This document shows, piece by piece, positions 39,870-49,248 of a stretch of DNA of 64,000 bases. Numbering within the stretch: position 1 is the first letter of the stretch; the number at the start of each line of letters is the position of its first letter. The notes below the pieces were generated by a model that did not search any database, was not told where the DNA came from, and saw nothing but the letters and a program-made list of their open reading frames with translations. Source of the DNA: a virus; the IMG/VR virus record IMGVR_UViG_3300037336_000025, positions 32,001 to 96,000 of that record, one strand, 5' to 3'. The position numbers and the translations under genes were made by a program.

Positions 39870-41468
39870 TTATACGTCCCTATCCGTGTTATCCGGAGTT
39901 AATAAGTTAGGTGCTTGATTCTCATGCAGCGGCCAAGGCTCGTGCATAGGTATGCGTTTCATAATACTGTTTGTGGTACCTGACTGATATTTTGTTGATG
40001 CCCAATTCCTATCACCACTCGTTACTGGATTAGCATGTAACGGTAACGGCCTAACGAAGTCGGCATTTACTGCTGGATCAGCAGCAAGATCACTGTTCAT
40101 GTTAATAGTTGCCGCAGTTTCTTTATGATCCCCTGCACTACCTATACTAGTGTTTCCAGAAGTACTAAATTTGTTATCACCGCCTGAATTAAGATCAAAT
40201 GTTCCTACTTGAGATACTTTTGTATTTGCACCTACAAGTATATCAAGATTCTTACCTATAGTAATTTTGCCATCAGCATTGGCAAATACTTCAAAATTTG
40301 TTGCAGTTTCAACATGCATTTGCCCAGACAACGTTTTGATATTAATGTTGCGGCCAGCTTCCATGTTAATATCACGGGCTGCTTTAATGTTTAAATCATT
40401 TTCAGTATGGATACTGATACTATCGGCAGCATAGATATCTATTTTACCATTGCTAGTCAGTTCTACCCATGATGTACCTCTAGCATTTCCAATGTAGATT
40501 AAATCTTCGCTGTTATGCATTAGCAGTTGGTGGCCGGTTCTTGTACGGATACGGAAGTATTCGCTGTACGGAATAGTAGGGTCGCCCTTTTCGCCGGCAA
40601 GTACATCTGCATACTTTACAGGGCCGCCTGTTGGACCTCCTGCTGGCGTTGCACGTTGATAACGATCGTCGCCGTCGTCCATGACAAACTGTGTTCCGCC
40701 TAGTCTGCTGACTGGAACTGTTGCAGTTGTTTGGCTTGACAATGTTCCTAATCTTGCTTTCTTTGCTTGGCTACGTTTGTCTAGTGGTCCTGGAGTAGAT
40801 ATTCCGAATACCATGCTAGGAGTATTACGTCTAGCACTTGAAGTAGTAACTCCCCGGACATCATCTTCTACTAGTCCTTGTTCTAAGAATCTTTCAGCAA
40901 TAGGGTGTAATGGCCTCTTTTTATTATCAATGTCAACTGACTGGTCTTTTGCATTCAATCTACGATTTAGTTCTGCAATTGGCAATGGCTGTTTAGTATT
41001 ATATTTGTCTTTGTCCGCCTTGTCCATATCGACTTGTGTTGACCCTGCGATTGCAGGAACCATATTATTAGCAAATCTACTAGGTATACATCCAATCCAA
41101 TATCCTTGACTAGGATCTCCATCAACAAATACTACTAATACTGTTACTCCCGGATCTGGTGGTACGAACCACATACCATAGCTTTTTTGAGTATCGTTAA
41201 ACGCTTCAATTGTTGGAACTTTTCCGTCAGTAGCAGTATTTTGTCCCATGTTCTCATAGGCAGTGTACCCATAAAATGGCTGGGCACATTTTACAATGTA
41301 TGTTTGTGTATCCTCGCCAATAGTGTTTCCTTGATTTCTAAGTAAAGTAACTTCTAAACTTCCCATAAAACTTGGATCTAAGTGACTAATAATTTTAGCC
41401 AAGTAGGGCCCTGCGCCGATATCTTTTTTGTCTGTTACTGCTACTGAGCTACGTTTTTGTTGTGACAT
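39870..41468 (-). CDS. gp5: Central spike protein, gp5/VgrG-like (OB-fold plus beta-helix), no lysozyme domain seen
   Basis: SYGMWFVPPDPGVTVLVVF.DGD..QGYWIG OB-fold; IRTRTGHQLLMHNSE...GTSWVELTSNGKIDIYA...SIHTENDLNIKAARDINMEAGRNINIK beta-helix repeats. Confidence 0.8.
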   Translation of the reverse strand: MSQQKRSSVAVTDKKDIGAGPYLAKIISHLDPSFMGSLEVTLLRNQGNTIGEDTQTYIVKCAQPFYGYTAYENMGQNTATDGKVPTIEAFNDTQKSYGMWFVPPDPGVTVLVVFVDGDPSQGYWIGCIPSRFANNMVPAIAGSTQVDMDKADKDKYNTKQPLPIAELNRRLNAKDQSVDIDNKKRPLHPIAERFLEQGLVEDDVRGVTTSSARRNTPSMVFGISTPGPLDKRSQAKKARLGTLSSQTTATVPVSRLGGTQFVMDDGDDRYQRATPAGGPTGGPVKYADVLAGEKGDPTIPYSEYFRIRTRTGHQLLMHNSEDLIYIGNARGTSWVELTSNGKIDIYAADSISIHTENDLNIKAARDINMEAGRNINIKTLSGQMHVETATNFEVFANADGKITIGKNLDILVGANTKVSQVGTFDLNSGGDNKFSTSGNTSIGSAGDHKETAATINMNSDLAADPAVNADFVRPLPLHANPVTSGDRNWASTKYQSGTTNSIMKRIPMHEPWPLHENQAPNLLTPDNTDRDV

Positions 41469-41469
41469 A

Positions 41470-43806
41470 TTATGTGTAATCCACTGGTGGCGTATTATCT
41501 ATTACGGATGTTTTAGGTTTTTCTTCTGGGCCAAGTTTAATAGATAATGCATTGGCTGGATCTGTTCTGAGATCTGATTTAATCTCTGCTGGGCTGTCTG
41601 CATAGTCAGCTGGCTGTCCTGGCATTCTAATACAAGTTAGTTTTTGTTTAAAAATACCGTCGCTGAATATATTTTCGCACATAGTTACCCTGTAGATCCC
41701 AGTGAATGGACTTTCAGCTTTAGGAAAATTATATAATCCTGTTTCTTGATTAATATCAATTGGAGTTCTAAAGGTCAAATAAATGAAAACATCGCCGCTT
41801 TCGTAATTCATTGTACCGTCTTCTGTAATTTGTGCTTGCGGTTCTACAGTAGCGGCAAAATAGTTTCCCTGTCCGCTATCTACTACCCAATAGGTATCCC
41901 CTAAAATTTCCAAATTAACAGTTACCATCTCTGCTTGGCTCTGTGTAAATGCTCTATGAAACTGTTCCGCTACCTGTTGCTCAGTGTTAGAATCGCCAGT
42001 GCCGCCTTTCATTGCTACTATCTGTTCTGGAGTCTTTTTAGGTCTAGATCTTCCTAGGTTAGCTGTTTGTGCAGCTCTTGATCCGCCGTCGGCAACTCTT
42101 GACTCTTTAGGCTGTTCTGCTGCTACACCCTTTTGATCTTGGTTACTAGCCGTAGAAGCATCTGCAGGGTTACCTGGTTGAATACCAGTATAGAACATAT
42201 TATTAATTTGTATGTCAAACTTAAGGACATCTACGTTTTGACCGCTGTATATGTATTCGTATCCTTTACAAATTCTACCTAGCAACTTTGGATATCCAAT
42301 GGGTACTGAATTAGGATTAGAAAATATAGAATGATGTACGAAATACGGAACTACTCGATATGTAATTTTCTTAGCAAAGTCGCTAGTTAGTGCATCAAAG
42401 TCTAGTAGTTCAATTTGTACATCAAGACGGAACCACTTAATAAACCCATCCTTAAGATTTTTCACACTGGTAACTGCATCTTGTGCATACTTGGAACTGA
42501 CTACTACCTGATTAATAATTGCGGTAAGTGTTTGTCCTTGGCTAAATTGAAATGATCTGTTTTTAGGATCAATAGTCATGTTGTCTCGTTTAACAACTCC
42601 GGTCTTAGCGTCATACTGATCGCCGGCTTTCTTAAAGGTCATGTTGCCGCCACTACTTTGACTAAATCCTAAACTTGAACCGCCAATTTCGTTTTTATCA
42701 AAAGCAGCTACTACTTCAGTATTACTTCCAGCTATTACTATTTTTGCTAGCTGGCCGGGACTTGATGTTGCTTTTTGTGTTCCTACTGGAGCATTAGCTC
42801 GCTGAAAGGAAGAAGAGTCTTTTGGAAACTGAATTTCATATTGATCAGCCACTCCAACTTGTTTATCAGCAACTAACTTCTGTTCAATTTTGTTAAGAAC
42901 TGCTTGCAAACTTTCTGGTCCAGTAGATAGTATTTCTTCAACAGTTCCTTGAGTAGACGCTACTAATTTTAAGTCAGTGTAGGCAGTATTGATATCATCA
43001 CTAAAACCTTGATGATTATACGGAACAGCTTCTACTTTATAAGTACTACCGCCTTCGTTAACGCTAAACTTACACGAGGTTAGTCTAAGAACAAAGTATT
43101 TTGATTTTACTGCTTTGTAACCAAGACCTAGATCGTCCCATCCCATAAAGTCTAATTTTAAAACATAAGGAGCATTACTAAGATAGTTGATATATCCAGC
43201 AGTGTTTGCAGCTACTTGAAGACTCTGTAACAACAGTCCCATGCTGTATGGTTCATATATATCAAATTCAAATTTAAATGCGTTACTATTACCAGTTTTA
43301 CTGTTTGCACCAACAGTAGTTTTCATAACAAAATTCTGAATATAGTATTCAGGAGATCCACTAGCTGTTTTAGTTCGCTGACTATCAAATCGACCGCCGG
43401 AAGAAAATATCACAGTTGAACTGAATGTGTTACCAGTTTTATCATCTATATAACTGTCATTTGTCCACACTTGATCATTGTTTCTATACAAGGACGGATT
43501 ATTAAATTGTTTAGGAGTTAGACATGCTAATGTCCACATGTAATTAACTGATGCGAATTTTTCTAAGGGATTCTTAATCACGCTTGGAAGATTTCTAGTC
43601 ACTACAGATAACGGCTTGTTAGGATCAGTAGCTACCTTACTAACGCCATCAACTAGTTTGTCAGTAGCTCTTGCTGGATTCTCTAAGGTTGTACGTACTG
43701 CCGACCCGATACTTACCAGAGAAGACAGTCCGGAACTAATAATATTTGTTCCGTCCGGTTTAACAATGTTTAATGCTGCTGTACCAAGATCTCTAAATAA
43801 TGCCAA
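41470..43806 (-). CDS. Putative baseplate hub protein (gp27-like)
   Basis: Directly upstream of gp5; C-terminal LEILGDTYW...FTGIYRVTMCENIFSDGIFKQKL pattern typical of hub proteins. The call is partly syntenic. Confidence 0.55.
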   Translation of the reverse strand: MALFRDLGTAALNIVKPDGTNIISSGLSSLVSIGSAVRTTLENPARATDKLVDGVSKVATDPNKPLSVVTRNLPSVIKNPLEKFASVNYMWTLACLTPKQFNNPSLYRNNDQVWTNDSYIDDKTGNTFSSTVIFSSGGRFDSQRTKTASGSPEYYIQNFVMKTTVGANSKTGNSNAFKFEFDIYEPYSMGLLLQSLQVAANTAGYINYLSNAPYVLKLDFMGWDDLGLGYKAVKSKYFVLRLTSCKFSVNEGGSTYKVEAVPYNHQGFSDDINTAYTDLKLVASTQGTVEEILSTGPESLQAVLNKIEQKLVADKQVGVADQYEIQFPKDSSSFQRANAPVGTQKATSSPGQLAKIVIAGSNTEVVAAFDKNEIGGSSLGFSQSSGGNMTFKKAGDQYDAKTGVVKRDNMTIDPKNRSFQFSQGQTLTAIINQVVVSSKYAQDAVTSVKNLKDGFIKWFRLDVQIELLDFDALTSDFAKKITYRVVPYFVHHSIFSNPNSVPIGYPKLLGRICKGYEYIYSGQNVDVLKFDIQINNMFYTGIQPGNPADASTASNQDQKGVAAEQPKESRVADGGSRAAQTANLGRSRPKKTPEQIVAMKGGTGDSNTEQQVAEQFHRAFTQSQAEMVTVNLEILGDTYWVVDSGQGNYFAATVEPQAQITEDGTMNYESGDVFIYLTFRTPIDINQETGLYNFPKAESPFTGIYRVTMCENIFSDGIFKQKLTCIRMPGQPADYADSPAEIKSDLRTDPANALSIKLGPEEKPKTSVIDNTPPVDYT

Positions 43807-43807
43807 T

Positions 43808-44107
43808 TTATACTCCTAGATATTTTTCTAGATTAGATTTTTTAGGCAAGAAAATGGTTGTTCCTGGTTCAAAATCATATATTGGGTCTCGTAAAACACT
43901 CATGTTACGTTGAACAAATACCCACCATAATTTTACATTACCGTATAAATCATAGGCTAACAAATCAGGCCGATGCCTATACTGATTTTCGATCGTATAT
44001 TTAAAATCGTCGGGTTCAGCAGGTACAGGTCTAATTTCTAGTAATTCCAAATATAGATTGTTTTGTCTTGTAGCTGCCCACGGACTTGTAGATTTATATT
44101 GTGCCAT
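43808..44107 (-). CDS. gp53: Baseplate wedge protein gp53-like (LysM-type)
   Basis: YRHRPDLLAYDLYGNVKLWWVF motif. Confidence 0.8.
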   Translation of the reverse strand: MAQYKSTSPWAATRQNNLYLELLEIRPVPAEPDDFKYTIENQYRHRPDLLAYDLYGNVKLWWVFVQRNMSVLRDPIYDFEPGTTIFLPKKSNLEKYLGV

Positions 44108-44108
44108 A

Positions 44109-45257
44109 TTAGATATATCCTGTACTTGATGCTACTTTGCCTTTGGCATAATCTGCTAGGCTGAACTTTCTCAAGTTTGCTCTGTTGTAAACTGGACTTA
44201 CTGTAACTGAAATAGTGCTAACTACTGGTACCCAAGTATTAGTTCCAAAGGTGTTACACTGAATATAGTTGGTATCATCTTTTAGGTCTACGCTAAAACT
44301 TTTTACTACAACAGGAATTGAATCAAATACACTTGATCCATATCCGCTTAGGTTGCAAATGATTGGAGGATTACCTGCATTAGCTCCTTGTCCAAAAAAC
44401 ATCTTTGTAGCGGTCTTAAAAAATGTAGTTGCTGCTATCCAGTAAGCGGCATCTGTTTCTGTTTCGCAAGTAAACTCTCCAACAATAGAGATGTCTTCAA
44501 CTACACTGTTTTTATATCCCTGTGTAGGATAGTTACTGTGAGTAGTTTCTACTGAATTATAATTTGCTTTAGTAGAAACTGTGATGTTAGGCAAGTAAGG
44601 CCACACAACACCGCCGGTATTCTCCAACAGGCTAAACAGCGGACTGTCAAATAATGTCCAGTTAGCATTTAATCTTACACGCCAATCGTTTTTGGCACTA
44701 GCTTGTAATTTAATAGCTTGTCCGTTTTGAGTGAATAGCTGGCCACCGGCTGGTAAATTAGCTCCACGTTTTAGGCTTAGAAAATTGTTTAGCATGCCTG
44801 CTGCTTTACTAATATCTCCAGCAAGAGCTTGTAATCCGCCGCCGAGATTACCGCCTGCTAGTTTGTTAAGTGTGCCGGAAATATCCGCTGTAATATTACT
44901 AGTTGCCCCAACTGCTGATTGTAGACTACTAATACCGCCTGCTACTGAGCTTTGGATACTAGTGCCTAGTCCGCCGAGTCCTGTGGTATTAATCTGTCCA
45001 AGGGCATTTCCGATAGAGCCGCCAACTCCATTAAGTGATGAACTTGCTGTAGATAGCAACCCCTTAGCCCCTGTGGTCATTCCGTTTAACCCGCTACCAA
45101 TTTCTCCGCTTAGTCTTCCGATCTTAGCGTCTAGGTTAGCTTTTGAGAACGCATCCCCTATACCTGGTAGAGCTGCATTTGCTTCATTTGTTGCCTGTGC
45201 AATACTAGATGTCGCTGTTGAAATCAGTTGTGCCAAAGGATTTATAGATAGTGCCAT
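44109..45257 (-). CDS. Tail tube initiator, gp48/gp54-like, with Gly/Ser-rich N-terminal extension
   Basis: C-terminal VWPYLPNITV...Y......HSNY...ISIVGEFT...NPPIICNLSGYG..VFDSIPVVVKSFSVDL tube-fold; about 185 aa of low-complexity N-terminus. Confidence 0.65.
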   Translation of the reverse strand: MALSINPLAQLISTATSSIAQATNEANAALPGIGDAFSKANLDAKIGRLSGEIGSGLNGMTTGAKGLLSTASSSLNGVGGSIGNALGQINTTGLGGLGTSIQSSVAGGISSLQSAVGATSNITADISGTLNKLAGGNLGGGLQALAGDISKAAGMLNNFLSLKRGANLPAGGQLFTQNGQAIKLQASAKNDWRVRLNANWTLFDSPLFSLLENTGGVVWPYLPNITVSTKANYNSVETTHSNYPTQGYKNSVVEDISIVGEFTCETETDAAYWIAATTFFKTATKMFFGQGANAGNPPIICNLSGYGSSVFDSIPVVVKSFSVDLKDDTNYIQCNTFGTNTWVPVVSTISVTVSPVYNRANLRKFSLADYAKGKVASSTGYI

Positions 45258-45283
45258 TTTGGTTAAATATCTCCGCTATACTC

Positions 45284-45289
45284 TATTTA
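45284..45289 (-). promoter_or_regulatory. Putative late promoter TAAATA heading the baseplate/fibre operon
   Basis: In the divergent gap 45258-45337, upstream of the GGAG SD at 45271-45274. Confidence 0.55.
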
Positions 45290-45337
45290 TTTCATTAAAA
45301 ATGTGCTATTATATTAGTAACAGGAGATCCTTATATA

Positions 45338-46186
45338 ATGAATACCGTACCCAAAATAAAGTACCTAACTAACAAAGATCTATTAAAAGAGATCCACAGA
45401 AGCAAAAACACATTTTGTACCTACTCTGCGCCCGAATACGCAGACTATGATATGATTATACCAAATGTAGAAAAGATCAATATTCGTACAATAGCGGAAG
45501 CTAAACGCAATAGAGCATCAAGATTAGCTAAATTAGCCCACGAAGCTGCTGTACTTGCAGGTGGTAAAAAGTTACCTTCTAAAGAATTCGAAATCGACTA
45601 TAAAACTATCAAGAAAGATGATGTAGTTTTTAGAGTTATGACCTTTGTACATGTTCCGCTTGCTCCGGGTCGTAAGAAGACTTTAAAAAATACTGCCGAT
45701 AGTCACGAAAAAGTGAATTTTCCTCCGTTCCAACACTGGAAGTTTGATGCTAATAATAACCTAATCTTAGTTGGTAAGAGCCACTGGAAAGGTGATTTTA
45801 CCACAGGAGTGTTTAATAAAGAACACGGGCAAATGACTAACAATCTAGCTCGCATGTTTTTAAAATTATGTGAAAGATATGCGACCAGAGGAAACGTTCG
45901 TGGCTATACTTACAACGATGAAATGCGCGGTCAAGCAATCCTTCAGCTCACCCAGATAGGTTTACAATTTGATGAAAGCAAAAGTGATAACCCGTTTGCT
46001 TACTATACCGCTGCTGTTACTAACAGTTTTGTTCGCATTATCAATATTGAGAAGCGTAATCAAAACATTCGAGATGATATTCTCGAAATGAACGGAATGA
46101 ACCCAAGTTGGAGTAGGCAGAACAGTGGGTCCGGAGGCGGTGGAGCAACTATTTCAGCTACACCTCCTGTTGGCGATAACGACTAG
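45338..46186 (+). CDS. gp55: Late-transcription sigma factor, T4 gp55-like
   Basis: YLTNKDLLKEI N-terminus and NVRGYTYNDEMRGQAI...FDESKSDNPFAYYTAAVTNSFVRIINIEKR match the gp55 YVNNKELL and NF.GY...EM...FD..K..NP.AY.T...NAF..I.KE blocks; AGGAG SD. Confidence 0.85.
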   Translation: MNTVPKIKYLTNKDLLKEIHRSKNTFCTYSAPEYADYDMIIPNVEKINIRTIAEAKRNRASRLAKLAHEAAVLAGGKKLPSKEFEIDYKTIKKDDVVFRVMTFVHVPLAPGRKKTLKNTADSHEKVNFPPFQHWKFDANNNLILVGKSHWKGDFTTGVFNKEHGQMTNNLARMFLKLCERYATRGNVRGYTYNDEMRGQAILQLTQIGLQFDESKSDNPFAYYTAAVTNSFVRIINIEKRNQNIRDDILEMNGMNPSWSRQNSGSGGGGATISATPPVGDND

Positions 46187-46215
46187 TTGACATTTTGTCT
46201 TTAACCCTGTATAAT
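46187..46215 (+). promoter_or_regulatory. Perfect sigma70 consensus promoter TTGACA-17 bp-TATAAT
   Basis: TTGACA 46187-46192, TATAAT 46210-46215, AGGAG 46222-46226, ATG 46232. Confidence 0.85.
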
Positions 46216-46231
46216 AATATTAGGAGATACT

Positions 46232-47242
46232 ATGTCATTGTTTAAAAAAGTCGCTTGTTTCACAGATATTCACTTTGGCCTTAAAAGTGGTAGTCGTACA
46301 CATAATCAAGATTGCGAAGATTTCGTATCTTGGTTCTGTGACACTGCTAAAGAACAAGGTTGCGAAACTGCAATCTTTCTAGGAGACTGGCATCATAATC
46401 GCAGTACTACAGACGTTAGTACTATGAATTATACTGTGAGCAACTTAGAGAAGCTGAGCAAAAGTTTTGAAAAAGTCTATTTTATTCTAGGCAATCACGA
46501 TCTGTTCTACAAAGACAAGCGTGAAATTAATAGCATCGAATTTATGCGACTGTTTCCTAACATTATTCCTGTTAGAGATCAATTAACAGAAGGTGATGTT
46601 ACTATTATGCCTTGGCTAATAGGCGACGAGTGGCGAGGAGTTTCTAAACTTAAAAGCCGCTATGTGTTTGGACACTTAGAGTTGCCATTGTTCTATATGA
46701 ACGCCATGGTGCAGATGCCAGATCACGGAACGTTGCAAGCTAGTCACTTTAGTGGACAAGAGTATGTATTCAGCGGACACTTTCATAAGCGACAGAGTAA
46801 AGGCAATGTAACCTACATTGGCAATGCTTTCCCCCATAATTATGCCGATGCAGGTGACGATGTTCGCGGTATGATGATTCTAGAGTGGGGCAATGAGCCC
46901 GAATATCATACATGGCCAGGGCAGCCCACGTTTAGAACCTACAAGCTGAGTCAGATTATTGACGACCCAGAAGGACTTCTACGTGAGAAGATGCATTGCC
47001 GTGTGACTATCGACTTGCCTATTACGTTCGAAGAAGCAAACTTTATCAAAGAGCAGTTTATTCCTCAGTACAAATTACGTGAGTTGATGTTAATCCCCGA
47101 AAAAGTAGAAATAGAATCAAATTCTGTTCCAATTGATATTAGCTTTGAAAGTGTAGATACAATTGTTATGAATCAAATTAATGCTATCGAAAGCGATGCA
47201 TTTGACAAAGGTATGTTGTTGGACATTTATAGAAACCTATGA
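46232..47242 (+). CDS. gp47: Recombination endonuclease subunit gp47 (Mre11/SbcD-like)
   Basis: Phosphoesterase motifs TDIH, GDWHH, GNHD, GHLE and SGHFH. Confidence 0.93.
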   Translation: MSLFKKVACFTDIHFGLKSGSRTHNQDCEDFVSWFCDTAKEQGCETAIFLGDWHHNRSTTDVSTMNYTVSNLEKLSKSFEKVYFILGNHDLFYKDKREINSIEFMRLFPNIIPVRDQLTEGDVTIMPWLIGDEWRGVSKLKSRYVFGHLELPLFYMNAMVQMPDHGTLQASHFSGQEYVFSGHFHKRQSKGNVTYIGNAFPHNYADAGDDVRGMMILEWGNEPEYHTWPGQPTFRTYKLSQIIDDPEGLLREKMHCRVTIDLPITFEEANFIKEQFIPQYKLRELMLIPEKVEIESNSVPIDISFESVDTIVMNQINAIESDAFDKGMLLDIYRNL

Positions 47243-49017
47243 TAAAAATTAAGAATTTAACTGTTAGAAACTTTATGAGTGTGGGCAATCAAACCCAGGC
47301 TATTAGTTTTGACAAAGGCCAGCTTACACTTGTACTCGGTGAAAACTTAGACCTTGGTGGAGATGATAGTGGTGCTCGCAACGGTACTGGTAAGACTACT
47401 ATTATTAACGGCCTTAGCTATGGCATTTATGGAACTGCTCTTACTAACATCAAAAAAGATAATCTAGTTAACAAGATTAACGGTAAGGGTATGTTAGTTA
47501 CCCTGACATTTGACAAAGATGGTCAAGAGTATCATATTGAACGTGGTCGTAAACCCAACGTACTCAAGTTTAGTATCAATGGTCAAGAACAAGATCTTAA
47601 AGACCTAGACGAAAGCCAAGGTGATAGTCGTGAAACACAAAAAGCCATTGAAGAGATGATGGGTATGAGTCACGATATGTTTAAGCATCTTGTGGCGTTA
47701 AACACTTACACTGAACCGTTCTTGTCTATGAAAGCTGGTGAACAACGCAGCATTATTGAGCAGTTATTGGGCATTACTTTACTTTCTGAAAAAGCAGAAA
47801 CCCTTAAAGAAGCTATCCGTATTAGCAAAGATTCAATTACGACAGAAAACACTCGCATTGAAACTATCAAAGTGTCCAACGAGCGTATACAGCAGAGTAT
47901 CGATGCGCTAGAACGAAAACAGCGCCTGTGGGATGAGACTAAAGAAAAAAATATCGAAAATATTTTAAAGAGCATTGACACGCTTAGTACTATTGATCCA
48001 GAAGTTGAAATTGTTAATCATAAGGCTCTTGCTCTCTACAATGAAAAACGTAAAGACATTAACGATTTAACTAGCGCAATGCAACGCACTCGATTAGAAC
48101 AAGATAAAGATGCAAAACGATTCGATAAGCTAACTGCTGAAATTGCTACTCTTAAAAATCACCAATGTCATGCCTGCGGACAAGAATTTCACGATGAAAA
48201 ACATGAGTCTGTACTTTCCGGTAAACTTAAAGATCTCAAAGAAGCTACTGTTAACTTCGAATCTGCCGGGGAAATAATTATGGACACTGAATTTGCCTTG
48301 AAAGAAATTGGTGAATTGGGTGATTGTCCTAGAGTACAGTACGACAGCTTAGAGGAAGCACTTAATCATAAGAATACTATCAACGGGTTAATTAAAGATT
48401 TAGAAATTAAAGAAGGTGATAATAATCCGTATCTTGAACAGATTAACGAACTTAAGAAAAGTGCGGTTCAGGAAATTAACTGGCAAGCTGTAAATGAAGC
48501 TAACCGCATCAAAGAGCATCAAGAGTTCCTGCACAAGTTGCTAACAAATAAAGATAGTTTTGTACGCAAACGAATTATTGATCAAAACTTAGCGCACTTG
48601 AATCAACGCCTAACATATTACCTCGATAAGATTGGGTTGCCACATATCGTTGAATTCCAGAATGACTTGGGTGTTATTATTACACAGTTAGGCCAAGATC
48701 TAGACTTTGATAACTTATCACGTGGTGAACGTAATCGATTAATTCTAAGTATGAGCTGGGCATTCCGTGATGTGTGGGAAAACTTATATCATAGTATCAA
48801 CTTATTGTTTATTGACGAGCTTGTTGATAGCGGTATGGACGCTAGCGGTGTTGAAAGTTCTATTAGTGTACTTAAAAAGATGACTCGCGAGCGTGATAAG
48901 AATGTGTTCTTGATCAGTCACCGTGATGATTTAACAAGTCGAGTAAATCATGTGCTCAAAGTAATAAAAGAAGGCGGCTTTACCACTTACAGCAACGACG
49001 TAGAGATAGTACAATAA
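47239..49017 (+). CDS. gp46: Recombination ATPase gp46 (Rad50/SbcC-like)
   Basis: Walker A NGTGKT, central CHAC zinc hook in a coiled coil, LSRGE signature, FIDE Walker B, ISH H-loop. Confidence 0.93.
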   Translation: MIKIKNLTVRNFMSVGNQTQAISFDKGQLTLVLGENLDLGGDDSGARNGTGKTTIINGLSYGIYGTALTNIKKDNLVNKINGKGMLVTLTFDKDGQEYHIERGRKPNVLKFSINGQEQDLKDLDESQGDSRETQKAIEEMMGMSHDMFKHLVALNTYTEPFLSMKAGEQRSIIEQLLGITLLSEKAETLKEAIRISKDSITTENTRIETIKVSNERIQQSIDALERKQRLWDETKEKNIENILKSIDTLSTIDPEVEIVNHKALALYNEKRKDINDLTSAMQRTRLEQDKDAKRFDKLTAEIATLKNHQCHACGQEFHDEKHESVLSGKLKDLKEATVNFESAGEIIMDTEFALKEIGELGDCPRVQYDSLEEALNHKNTINGLIKDLEIKEGDNNPYLEQINELKKSAVQEINWQAVNEANRIKEHQEFLHKLLTNKDSFVRKRIIDQNLAHLNQRLTYYLDKIGLPHIVEFQNDLGVIITQLGQDLDFDNLSRGERNRLILSMSWAFRDVWENLYHSINLLFIDELVDSGMDASGVESSISVLKKMTRERDKNVFLISHRDDLTSRVNHVLKVIKEGGFTTYSNDVEIVQ

Positions 49018-49248
49018 ATGAGTACAGACAGTCATGATCGTATGATCCACGCTTTTCAGGAATACTTTAAGTATCAGGATCGCTTTGAACATCGAGGTTC
49101 AGATAGTGCTGGTGTTAGAGCACGATATTGGCTGAGTGAGATACGCAATGAGGCAAGTTTAAGGCGCACAGAAATACAGGCAAAAAGAGACGAACGTAAA
49201 GCAGCCAGGAAAGGCATGGTAGGAAGACCCCCTAAAATAAGTACTTGA
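49018..49248 (+). CDS. Small basic helical protein, Hc1 (histone H1-like)-type
   Basis: GSDSAGVRARYWLSEIRNEASLRRTEIQ resembles the Hc1-family G.KAA..R.R..L..L......R.E helix-turn-helix; Arg/Lys-rich tail. Confidence 0.45.
   Translation: MSTDSHDRMIHAFQEYFKYQDRFEHRGSDSAGVRARYWLSEIRNEASLRRTEIQAKRDERKAARKGMVGRPPKIST

Noticed and set aside
47239-49017. Possible intein or intron in gp46 or other core genes
   Set aside because: Lengths are normal for the families, and no intein splice motifs or frame breaks are seen in gp46, gp47, gp20, gp21 or gp23.
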